Assembly (NCBI GenBank): GCA_963706695.1
Contig: CAVPNC010000015.1
Location: 874 to 64,873, forward strand
Length of the DNA stretch: 64,000 nt
Source: an uncultured Chloroflexia bacterium
Lineage (GTDB): Bacteria > Chloroflexota > Limnocylindria > Limnocylindrales > CSP1-4
Direction of reading: 5' to 3'
Made by a program: the position numbers and the translations under genes. The notes below the pieces were generated by a model, which ran no database searches, was not told the DNA's origin, and saw only the letters and a list, made by a program, of their open reading frames with translations. Below are positions 19,363 to 27,837 of this stretch, piece by piece. Numbering within the stretch: the stretch's first letter is position 1; each line of letters begins with the position of its first letter.

Positions 19363-20205
19363 TCAGCCACGGGCACCCTCATCGGACGCCGCCAGGACCG
19401 GGATGGCGGCACGCAGGATCGTGCGGTAGTCGTCGTGCGCCTCGTGGGATCGGGCAAGGACCGGGCCCAGGTCGATCGGCGGGCCGATGCCGGCCGACAT
19501 GGTGGAGACGAAGGTGAAGGCCACGACCTTCAAGCCCGCGTGATAGCCAGCCACCACCTCCGGCAGGAACGAGTTGGAGCTGATGGAGCACCCGGCCAGC
19601 TGCGCCAGTCGGATCTCGGCCGGGGTCTCGAAGCTGGGCCCGCTCCAGTAGCCTGCGACGCCGGTCGGGAAGGGCACCCCGGCGCCCTCGACCGCGTCAG
19701 CGACCTGCTTCGTTAGCGCTGCTTCATACAGCTCCACCATCGAGAGGTAGGGCGTGTGCCAGCCCTCGCCATAGCGCTCCGTCGAGAGCGGGTTGAAGCC
19801 GCTGAAGTTGATGTGATCGGTGAAGGCCAGGAACATGCCCGGGCGCACGTCAGGGCGCATGGAGCCGGAGTTGGCCGAGTAGAGCAGCGTCCGGCAGCCC
19901 GCCAGCGCCAGTGTTCGCGCCGGCAGGCCGCTCTCCTGCCAGGTGGCACCGTCGCATGGCAAGACCTTGGCCTTGACGGCCGCGACGGTGACTCCATCCA
20001 GCTCGCCGATGTCGACCTCGTTGACATGGTCTGGGATCGCGCTGGGGCGGAACCCGAGCGCTTCGAAGGGGATCGTGACGCGATCGCCAAGGACGTCGGT
20101 GCAGGCTGCGAAGCCGGTTCCGCAGATCAGGCCGACCGTGGGCCTTCGGCCGGCACGCTCGCACATGATGGCGGCGGCGCGGTCGGCGGCGGCGCGAGTG
20201 TCCAT
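19363..20205 (-). CDS. Divergent purine-nucleoside phosphorylase-like protein
   Basis: GLICGTG, TDHINFSGFNPL, GPSFETPAEIR and PEVV match the trimeric PNP fold; TATGCT 6 nt before ATG 20205. Confidence 0.8.
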   Translation of the reverse strand: MDTRAAADRAAAIMCERAGRRPTVGLICGTGFAACTDVLGDRVTIPFEALGFRPSAIPDHVNEVDIGELDGVTVAAVKAKVLPCDGATWQESGLPARTLALAGCRTLLYSANSGSMRPDVRPGMFLAFTDHINFSGFNPLSTERYGEGWHTPYLSMVELYEAALTKQVADAVEGAGVPFPTGVAGYWSGPSFETPAEIRLAQLAGCSISSNSFLPEVVAGYHAGLKVVAFTFVSTMSAGIGPPIDLGPVLARSHEAHDDYRTILRAAIPVLAASDEGARG

Positions 20206-20304
20206 GCGCCCAGCATACGACCCCGGAGGGTCTCCGAAATGCCTTGCCCCTGTGCGCGCCACGAACGTAGACTCGTGGTCGTCAACCGTGCCTGGAGGTT
20301 CGTC

Positions 20305-21930
20305 GTGAAGAAGGTGCTCTCTTGCCTGCTGCTCAGCCTGGTGCTGGCGGCCGTCATGCTCCCCCTTGGCGCCGTCGCGGCGCAGGACGGTGAGCCACAG
20401 CGCGGTGGACGCCTGGAGCTGGTGGCGCTGAACGACCCCCGCACCCTGGACAGCAATCAGGCCGTCGATACCATCGAGTACAACACCGTGGCCGGTGCAC
20501 TCTTCGAAGGGCTGTACCACTTCACGCCAGAGGGAGAGCTGGTGGCTGCCCTCGCCGACGGCTTGCCCGAGGTCTCCGAGGATGGCCTCGTCTACACCTT
20601 CACGATCAGGCCCGGAGCCATGTTCGCCGGGCCCGACTTCACCCCTCGTGAGGTGACCGCAGCGGACGTCGCCTACGGCATGACCCGCGCCCTGGACCCC
20701 ACGCCCGACGGGGCGCCGGCTCCTTCGTGGGGCAGCGGCTATCTCTTCCCCATCAAGGGGGCTGCCGCCTTCAACGCCGGCGAGGCGCAGGCCGTCGAAG
20801 GCATCGAGGTCATCGACGACCACACGCTGCAGGTCACGCTGGAGGCGCCCACCAGCACGTTCCTGCTGGGCCTCACCATCGCCACCAGCTGGCCGGTCCC
20901 GCCGGAGGCCGTGGCAGAGCGCGGCGAGGACTTCGGCAACCGCCCGGTGGGTGCCGGTCCCTTCTATCTCAAGGAATGGAACAAGGGCTCCGACCTCACC
21001 CTCGCGCGGAACGAGGGCTACGTGAACCCGGAGCTGCCCTACCTCGACGAGATCCACGTCGACCTCGGCGTGGACGAGAACACGCAGGTGCTGCGGCTCG
21101 AGTCGGGTGAGGCCGATGGCGTCTTCGAGCCCTTCTCCATCGGCCCGGTCGGGCTGCGCACCCTGGCTGAGGCTGAGGGCGTGACGGTCGAGGACTCGGT
21201 CGGCCCGCGGATCTACTACCTGGCCCTCGAGAACGGTGGCATCCTGGGCAACAAGGACCTGCGGCTTGCCGTAGCGCACGCGGTCACACGTGACTTCACG
21301 CGGCAGTTCGGCAACCTGGCCAAGCCCTGGAACCAGCTGATGGGCTCGACCACCCTGCAGTCGGATCCCGAAGGCACGCGGGTCTACCCGTATGACCCGG
21401 AGCAAGCCGCGGCCTACCTCGAATCGGGTGGCTACGACGGCACGCCGCTCAAGGTCATCTACGACGTGGGCGATCCCTACGGTGAGGCCAACGCCACCGC
21501 CCTGCGGCAGGACCTCGAAGCGGTCGGCTTCACGGTGGAGCTGAACGGGCTGCAGACAGGACAGTTCTTCACGGACGTCTACGATCCCGCCGCCCGAGAC
21601 CTCTCGTCGACCTACTGGAGCGCGGACTACCCGGACCTGCAGGACTACATCTCGACCAACTTCGTCTGCGGCTCGTTCCTGAACATCAGCAACTTCTGCG
21701 ACGAGGACATCGACCAGGCCTTCTTCGAGACCGAGTCGATGGCGTTCGGCCCGGAGCGCGATGCCGCCCTGCTCGAGGTCCAGCAGCGGCTCATCGACGA
21801 GGTCGCCGGCATCCCGATCATGGAGGTCGCACCGCAGGTCGTCTACGGAGAGCGCGTCGGGGCCATGCCCACGCTGGCGACGTACGCGCCGTACGACTGG
21901 AAGCGCGCCTGGGTGAAGGCGGACGGCTGA
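20305..21930 (+). CDS. ABC transporter substrate-binding protein, family 5 (Opp/Dpp-like)
   Basis: GGAGG RBS, signal peptide, DGLVYTFTIRPG, PVGAGPF and WSADYPD motifs. Confidence 0.9.
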   Translation: MKKVLSCLLLSLVLAAVMLPLGAVAAQDGEPQRGGRLELVALNDPRTLDSNQAVDTIEYNTVAGALFEGLYHFTPEGELVAALADGLPEVSEDGLVYTFTIRPGAMFAGPDFTPREVTAADVAYGMTRALDPTPDGAPAPSWGSGYLFPIKGAAAFNAGEAQAVEGIEVIDDHTLQVTLEAPTSTFLLGLTIATSWPVPPEAVAERGEDFGNRPVGAGPFYLKEWNKGSDLTLARNEGYVNPELPYLDEIHVDLGVDENTQVLRLESGEADGVFEPFSIGPVGLRTLAEAEGVTVEDSVGPRIYYLALENGGILGNKDLRLAVAHAVTRDFTRQFGNLAKPWNQLMGSTTLQSDPEGTRVYPYDPEQAAAYLESGGYDGTPLKVIYDVGDPYGEANATALRQDLEAVGFTVELNGLQTGQFFTDVYDPAARDLSSTYWSADYPDLQDYISTNFVCGSFLNISNFCDEDIDQAFFETESMAFGPERDAALLEVQQRLIDEVAGIPIMEVAPQVVYGERVGAMPTLATYAPYDWKRAWVKADG

Positions 21931-21937
21931 GACCCTG

Positions 21938-22927
21938 ATGGCTGCGGGCGACGACGCCGGACCGCCCGCGATCGCGCTGTTGTCGGTGGCGGGCCTGCGC
22001 GTCACGACGAGCGCGGGAGACATCCTGCGAGGGGTGGACCTGCAGGTGGCAGCGGGCGAGGTCACGGGCGTCGTCGGCGAGTCCGGCTGCGGCAAGACGA
22101 CGCTGGGCCTGGCACTGCTGGGCCTGCTCGGCCGGCGGCGCACGATCACGGCTGGTGAGATCCGGCTCGCTGGCGAGGTCGTGGGCGCACCCGGTATCGA
22201 CCGCACCGCCGCGCTGCGCGGCTCGCGCGTGTCCTTCGTCCCGCAGGATCCGTTCCGCGCGTTCGATCCACTGCGTCGCGTGGGCCCACAGGTGCGTCGC
22301 CCGTTGGAGTTGCACCGGGGTCTCCACAGTGACGCGGCCGAGCAGCGTGGGGCTGAGCTGCTCGCCCGCCTCGGTGTCCCAGAGCCGCAGGCCATCATGG
22401 GCAGCTACCCCCATGAGCTCTCAGGTGGCATGCTGCAGCGGGCTGCCATCGCCACGGCGCTCTCGTGCGAGCCCGAGCTGGTCATCGCTGACGAGCCCAC
22501 CACGGCGCTCGATGCACTGGTGCAGATCCAGGTCGCCGATGCGTTCATGCGCCTGGTACGTGAGCTCGGGACCAGCGTGCTGGTCATCACCCATGACCTG
22601 CACCTGCTGGAGCGGATGGCCGATCGCATCGCGGTCATGTACGCGGGCCGCATCGTCGAGTTCGGGCCATCCGAACGCCTGCTCCAGGCCCCCCGTCATC
22701 GATATCCGGCAGCCCTGCTCGAGTCCTCCGTCCGAACCGCCCAGCCCGGTCGCCGACTCGAGACCGTGGAGGGGCAGCCGCCGAGACTGCCGGGCACGTT
22801 CGAGCCCTGCGCCTTCGCTCCTCGATGCGGGTTCGCGGATGCGCGCTGTCACGAGGAGGAGCCGGCCTACGCGTGGCCGGCCGATGAAGGGGTCGCCTGC
22901 CACCATCCTCGGGAGCTGCCGGCGTGA
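21938..22927 (+). CDS. ABC ATP-binding subunit (OppD/DppD-like)
   Basis: GESGCGKT, YPHELSGGMLQR, IADEPTTALD, and a Cys-containing C-terminal tail (CAFAPRC...ACH). Confidence 0.92.
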   Translation: MAAGDDAGPPAIALLSVAGLRVTTSAGDILRGVDLQVAAGEVTGVVGESGCGKTTLGLALLGLLGRRRTITAGEIRLAGEVVGAPGIDRTAALRGSRVSFVPQDPFRAFDPLRRVGPQVRRPLELHRGLHSDAAEQRGAELLARLGVPEPQAIMGSYPHELSGGMLQRAAIATALSCEPELVIADEPTTALDALVQIQVADAFMRLVRELGTSVLVITHDLHLLERMADRIAVMYAGRIVEFGPSERLLQAPRHRYPAALLESSVRTAQPGRRLETVEGQPPRLPGTFEPCAFAPRCGFADARCHEEEPAYAWPADEGVACHHPRELPA

Positions 22928-23778
22928 TCGGCCCCACCCTGGCCCCGACACGACCGCGCGAGCCCCGATCGTGGGGCCTGGTGCTCGGCCTGGCCCTGTT
23001 CGGGATGCTGGTGGCGGCGGTGCTCGTGGGTCCGCTGCTGTGGGACGTGGACCCGACGTACGAGTCGTTCACCAGCCTGAGCGAGTCGGGCGAACCACTC
23101 GACGCCGGCGCCGTGGGGCATCCGCTGGGCACCGACCAGAAGGGCCGAGACGTGCTGGCGCGGCTGCTGCATGCAGGGCGCCTGACGCTGCTGACGGCAG
23201 TGGTCTCCGTCAGCATCGCCACCGTCACGGGCTTGTTCGTCGGCCTCATCGCGTCGAACGACCGCCGCATCCTGGGCTCGGTGCTGATGCGCTTCACCGA
23301 CCTGGGCCTGGCCATCCCGGGCCTGCTGCTGGCGGCAGCCATCTCCACCATCCTGGGGCGGGGCACGCTCTCCCTCATCATCGGCCTCGCGGCCATCTTC
23401 TGGGCACCCATCGCCCGCGTGACCTACGGCCAGGCGGTGGTGCTGCGCGAACGGGACTACGTGGAGGCCGCGGTGGTGCAGGGCGGCGGTGCCATCACCG
23501 TCCTGGGGCGCCACATCCTGCCGCACCTCCTGCCGGTCGTGGGCGCGTACGCGGCCCTCTCGGTGGGGTGGGCCGTGCTCTTCGAAGCGTCCCTCGGCTT
23601 CCTCGGCGTGGGTGTCCAGGAGCCGGATGCCTCGATCGGCTCGATGCTGGGCGACTACCTCAACTACTACCGTCGCCACCCGGGCCTCATCCTCTTCCCG
23701 GCCATCTTCCTGGGCCTGCTCGTCATCGCCGCCAACGTGGCCGGTGAGGCGTTGCGCACCCGGACCGAGGAGCGCTGA
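22924..23778 (+). CDS. ABC permease (OppC/DppC-like)
   Basis: HPLGTDQKGRDVLARL, YVEAA...G EAA loop, EASLGFLGVG. Confidence 0.92.
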   Translation: MIGPTLAPTRPREPRSWGLVLGLALFGMLVAAVLVGPLLWDVDPTYESFTSLSESGEPLDAGAVGHPLGTDQKGRDVLARLLHAGRLTLLTAVVSVSIATVTGLFVGLIASNDRRILGSVLMRFTDLGLAIPGLLLAAAISTILGRGTLSLIIGLAAIFWAPIARVTYGQAVVLRERDYVEAAVVQGGGAITVLGRHILPHLLPVVGAYAALSVGWAVLFEASLGFLGVGVQEPDASIGSMLGDYLNYYRRHPGLILFPAIFLGLLVIAANVAGEALRTRTEER

Positions 23779-24698
23779 TGGCCTGGTACGTGGGCCGGCG
23801 CCTGCTGGCGGCGCTGGTGACGGTCTGGATCGTGGCCACAGCCGGTTTCCTGCTCGTCGAGATCATCCCGGGTGACCCGGCGCTGCAGCTGGCGGGGCCG
23901 GGCGCCTCGGAGGCGTCGGTGGCGGCGATCCGCGAGGCCTACGGCTTCGACGAGCCGCTCCCACTGCGGTACGTCGACGCCATGGCGCGGATGGCCCAGG
24001 GTGACCTGGGCTACAGCTTCGCCAAGGCGGAACCGGTGCTCGACGTGCTGTTGCGCTCGCTGCCCTCGACGCTGCTGTTGACGGTGCTGGCGTTCGCGGT
24101 GGAGGTGCTCATCGCCATCCCGCTGGCGCTCTGGGTGGTGGCACGCGGCGGTCTTGCCGACCGCATCCTGGTGATCCTCGCGGGCGCGACGGCCGCCATC
24201 CCGGCGTTCCTGCTGGGGCTGCTGCTGATCTACGTCTTCGCCTCACGCCTGGGCTGGTTCCCGCTCGGCGGGACCGGGTCGCCGACAGCCTACGTGCTGC
24301 CGGTCCTGACGCTGGGCATCCCCTTCGGGCTCGTGTTGGCGCGGCTGCTGCGCACCTCGCTGCTGGAGCAGCAGGACCAGCCCTACATCACCTTCAGCCA
24401 GGCGCTCGGCGAGCCGTCGCGCTCGGTGCGCTGGCGCCACCTCCTGCCGAACGCGATGCTGCCGCTGCTCTCCATCCTGGCGCTCGACTTCGCCGGGCTG
24501 TTCTCGAGCGTGGCCGTGGTGGAGGTGGCCTTTTCGATGCCAGGCCTGGGTGCCGACCTGGTGGTGGGCCTGACCCGCCTCGACACGGCGCTGATCGTGG
24601 GCATCGGCATCATCGCGGGCCTGCTGGTGGCAGTGGTCAACCTGCTCGCTGACGTGGCCGTCATCGCCATCGACCCGCGCGTGCGCCGGAGCAGCTAG
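23778..24698 (+). CDS. ABC permease (OppB/DppB-like)
   Basis: IPGDPA, GDLGYSF, RHLLPNA, FSMPGLG and IDPRVR motifs. Confidence 0.92.
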   Translation: MAWYVGRRLLAALVTVWIVATAGFLLVEIIPGDPALQLAGPGASEASVAAIREAYGFDEPLPLRYVDAMARMAQGDLGYSFAKAEPVLDVLLRSLPSTLLLTVLAFAVEVLIAIPLALWVVARGGLADRILVILAGATAAIPAFLLGLLLIYVFASRLGWFPLGGTGSPTAYVLPVLTLGIPFGLVLARLLRTSLLEQQDQPYITFSQALGEPSRSVRWRHLLPNAMLPLLSILALDFAGLFSSVAVVEVAFSMPGLGADLVVGLTRLDTALIVGIGIIAGLLVAVVNLLADVAVIAIDPRVRRSS

Positions 24699-25486
24699 CC
24701 GGCCTTCGGGCTCGACCCCATGGTCGCGAGCAGTTGCCGCGTGTAGTCGTGCTGCGGCCGCTCGAAGATGGCTTCGCGGGTGCCGGACTCCACGATCCGT
24801 CCATCACGCATGACCGAGACATGGTGGCTGATGTGCCGCACGACCGCGAGGTCGTGCGCGATGAAGAGGTACGAGACGCCCAGCTCCGACTGCAGATCCA
24901 TGAGCAGGTTGAGGATCTGACCCTGGACCGAGACATCGAGGGCGGAGACGGGCTCGTCACAGATGATCAGCTCCGGCTCCAGGGCGAGAGCCCGGGCGAT
25001 GCCGACACGCTGCAGCTGCCCGCCGGAGAACGAGGCCGGCCGGCTGTCGCCGAGAGCGGGGTCGATCCCTACCCGTTCGAGCAGCGTATCGGCGCGCCGC
25101 CGACGCTCCGCGCTGTCGTACAGCCGGTGGATGACCCATGGCTCGGCCACGACGTCGCGCACCCGGAAGCGCGGGTCCACCGACGAGTACGGGTCCTGGT
25201 AGACGAGCTGCATGTGCTGGCGCATCTGGCGCAGCTCAGCGCCCTTGAGGGCGAACAGGTCCTGCCCGCGGAAGGTGGCCGTGCCGGCATCCGCCTCGAC
25301 GAGGCGCAGGATGATCCGACCGGTCGTGGACTTGCCTGAACCGGACTCGCCCACGAGACCGAGCGTCTGTCCTGGCTCGATGACGATGTCGACGTCCTCG
25401 ACGGCGCGCACCTCCCGCCGAGACGAGCCACGGCCACTCCGGAACGTCTTCGCCAGCCCGCGCGCATCGAGCAGGGGTTCAGCCAT
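24695..25486 (-). CDS. ABC ATP-binding subunit (OppF/DppF-like), convergent with the permeases
   Basis: AGGAG RBS; GESGSGKST, QDPYSS, FSGGQLQR, CDEPVSALDVS, PQHDYT. Confidence 0.9.
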   Translation of the reverse strand: MAEPLLDARGLAKTFRSGRGSSRREVRAVEDVDIVIEPGQTLGLVGESGSGKSTTGRIILRLVEADAGTATFRGQDLFALKGAELRQMRQHMQLVYQDPYSSVDPRFRVRDVVAEPWVIHRLYDSAERRRRADTLLERVGIDPALGDSRPASFSGGQLQRVGIARALALEPELIICDEPVSALDVSVQGQILNLLMDLQSELGVSYLFIAHDLAVVRHISHHVSVMRDGRIVESGTREAIFERPQHDYTRQLLATMGSSPKAG

Positions 25487-25630
25487 CTCCTGACTGTAGC
25501 GGCGTGAACGCTGCTGGACAGCGGTGGACCACTGCGGCGATGAACCCGAACCCGTGGTGGCCACGGTCGAGGCACGTACGGCCGAGCTGGGTGCCGTCGT
25601 CCGGGCGTGGTGCGACGACAGGGAGACGAC

Positions 25631-25895
25631 GTGACCGAGACGCCCAGGACCGGCACCCGCTACGCGTGGGCCGAGATCGTGCCCGACTTCCCCCCTGCCC
25701 GGGGCCAGTCGCCGGCTGGTCAAGGGCGAGCGCATGCTGGCTGCCCGCTTCGAGCTCGAGGAGGTGCTCGGCCCGGGTGAGGTCGTGGCCCTGCCGACGT
25801 TCGTGCCGCACCGCTTCAAGGCCCTCGAGCGCACGCTTGCCATCGACCTCTTCAGCCCCGTCAGCGACAGGACCGGCATCGAGCGGGGCGAGCCG
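25631..25895 (+). pseudogene. Cupin_2-like gene with an internal deletion and a frameshift
   Basis: GGGAGA RBS and GTG; RYAWAEI...RRLVKGERMLAARFELE joins directly to EVLGPGEVVALPTFVPH...IDLFSP; cupin motif 1 (HxHxxEQ) is missing; 3' end uncertain. Confidence 0.5.
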
Positions 25896-26182
25896 CCCCT
25901 GGTCTCGCCGACGCGCGTCAGGGCGCTTGGATCGTGCACGGCGACACTGGGTGAATACGTGTGCACTAGGCCCATCCGAAGCGGGCCGGTCGGCCCTGTC
26001 TGGCACCTGCCTCAAGGAAGAGGCTTGCGGCAACCGAATAGCTCGAGCCACAGGACGCTTCCCCCCGGCAACCGCCGACCCGAGTCGTGGGCAATGTCTG
26101 ACACATAGCCGTCCGTCTATCGCCCGCGGTTTCCGTGCTGACGCATGGTCCGCGGGCGTTTGAGCACATACGAGGCGTAGTG

Positions 26183-26824
26183 ATGCCAAAGGCTGCTGTT
26201 CCGCCACCGCCTGCTCCCATCGGGGGCAAGCGAGCGGCCACGTTCCAAGAGGAAGTCATCGCCATGATCCCGGCTGACTCCCGACTTGCGTCTTGTATCC
26301 AGTGCGGGACCTGTGGTGGGTCCTGTCCGTCGTACGCGGACATGGACCACACCCCACGGCAGATCTTCGCGCTCGTCCGCGCTGGCGCGCGGGACAAGGT
26401 CATGGACAGCAACACGCCCTGGATGTGCGTCAGCTGCTACCTCTGTGCCGTGCGCTGCCCGCAGCAGATCCACATCCCGGACGTGATGTACGCGCTCAAG
26501 GCCAAGGCCACGCAGGAGAACCGCGTCCCCAGCCACGTGGCGCCGGACTTCAGCAAGACCTTCGTCGACTACATCCACGCTTATGGGCGCAGCTTCGAGG
26601 TCGGCCTGGTGGCGAAGCACTACCTGCGCCACTACATGACCCGCCTGCCCGGCATGACCACTTCCGGCATCGGCATGGTGACCAAGGGCCGCATGGGCTT
26701 CCGCCCACACAAGATCGAAGGGCTGGCCGGTCTCAACGCCATCCTCGATCGAGCGACGGAGATCGAGCAGGCCAAGCAGCGTGCCGTCTTCGATGAGCGG
26801 CCGCCGAGCGGGGGAGCGCACTGA
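26183..26824 (+). CDS. hdrC: Heterodisulfide reductase subunit C-like
   Basis: CIQCGTCGGSCP and WMCVSCYLCAVRCP two-cluster motifs; first gene of the hdr operon. Confidence 0.88.
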   Translation: MPKAAVPPPPAPIGGKRAATFQEEVIAMIPADSRLASCIQCGTCGGSCPSYADMDHTPRQIFALVRAGARDKVMDSNTPWMCVSCYLCAVRCPQQIHIPDVMYALKAKATQENRVPSHVAPDFSKTFVDYIHAYGRSFEVGLVAKHYLRHYMTRLPGMTTSGIGMVTKGRMGFRPHKIEGLAGLNAILDRATEIEQAKQRAVFDERPPSGGAH

Positions 26825-27837
26825 TGGCCCAGTACATGTACTACCCGGGCTGCTCGATGGACGGCACGGGCAAGGCCTATCACGACTCCATCGAAGCGGT
26901 CCTGCCGGAGCTCGACATCGCGCTCGCCGAGCTCGACGACTGGAACTGCTGCGGTGCCACCGAGTACATGGGCATCAGCCCGCTGCGCTCGCAGGCGCTG
27001 GTCGGCCGCAACCTGGCCCTGGCCGAGAAGCAGAAGAACGGCACCGACACGCTGGTCGCACCCTGCAGTGCCTGCTACGTGAACCTCGCCCGCACGGACG
27101 CCTACGTGCGTGAATCAGAGGAGCTCGCGACGAACGTCAACGACGCCCTCGGCGCCGACGGCATGCACTACACCCCGGGTGCGGTCAAGGTCCGGCACCT
27201 GCTGGAGATCATGATCGACGACGTCGGCCTGGAAGAGGTCGGCGAGCACGTGACCCGCCCCCTGAGCGGCCTGAAGCTGGCGCCCTACATGGGCTGCCTG
27301 GTCTCGCGACCTGACTACGACGATCGCTGGCAGCACCGCGAGCACCCGCACGCGCTCGACCAGCTGCTGCTGACACTCGGCGCCGACGTGGTCGAGTACT
27401 CGCGCCGCACCGACTGCTGTGGCGGGCACATGACCCAGATCAGCCCCGAGACGGGCCTCGAGCTCATCCGTCGCCTCATCGTCGAGGCCGAGCGGGTGGG
27501 CGCCCATGCGCTCGTCACGGTCTGCCCCATGTGCCAGATGAACGTGGACTTCTACCAGCGCGAGATGAACCACCACTTCAAGGAAGACCATCACATGCCC
27601 ATCCTGTTCTTCACGCAGCTGATGGGCCTCGCCTATGGCATGCCGGCCAAGAAGCTTGGCTTCGGGCGCGAGATCATCTCCGCCCGGCCGGCCCTGGCCC
27701 ATATCGGCATCGAGGCACCACTGACCGAGGAGGAACAGGCCGAGAAGGCTGCCGCGGCCCAGCCCAAGCGGCGCAAGCGGGGAGATCCCACACTGCCGAC
27801 ACCGGCGCCGCGCGCTGATGAGGAGGTGCTGCGATGA
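26824..27837 (+). CDS. hdrB: Heterodisulfide reductase subunit B (CCG domains)
   Basis: YPGCS, NCCG, PCSACY, YMGC, DCCG and CPMCQ motifs. Confidence 0.92.
   Translation: MAQYMYYPGCSMDGTGKAYHDSIEAVLPELDIALAELDDWNCCGATEYMGISPLRSQALVGRNLALAEKQKNGTDTLVAPCSACYVNLARTDAYVRESEELATNVNDALGADGMHYTPGAVKVRHLLEIMIDDVGLEEVGEHVTRPLSGLKLAPYMGCLVSRPDYDDRWQHREHPHALDQLLLTLGADVVEYSRRTDCCGGHMTQISPETGLELIRRLIVEAERVGAHALVTVCPMCQMNVDFYQREMNHHFKEDHHMPILFFTQLMGLAYGMPAKKLGFGREIISARPALAHIGIEAPLTEEEQAEKAAAAQPKRRKRGDPTLPTPAPRADEEVLR

Noticed and set aside
20206-22398. Apparent 1011-aa PNP fusion protein (ORF 19363..22398)
   Set aside because: The N-terminal part is antisense to the ABC binding-protein and ATPase genes; the real start is ATG 20205 with a -10 hexamer.
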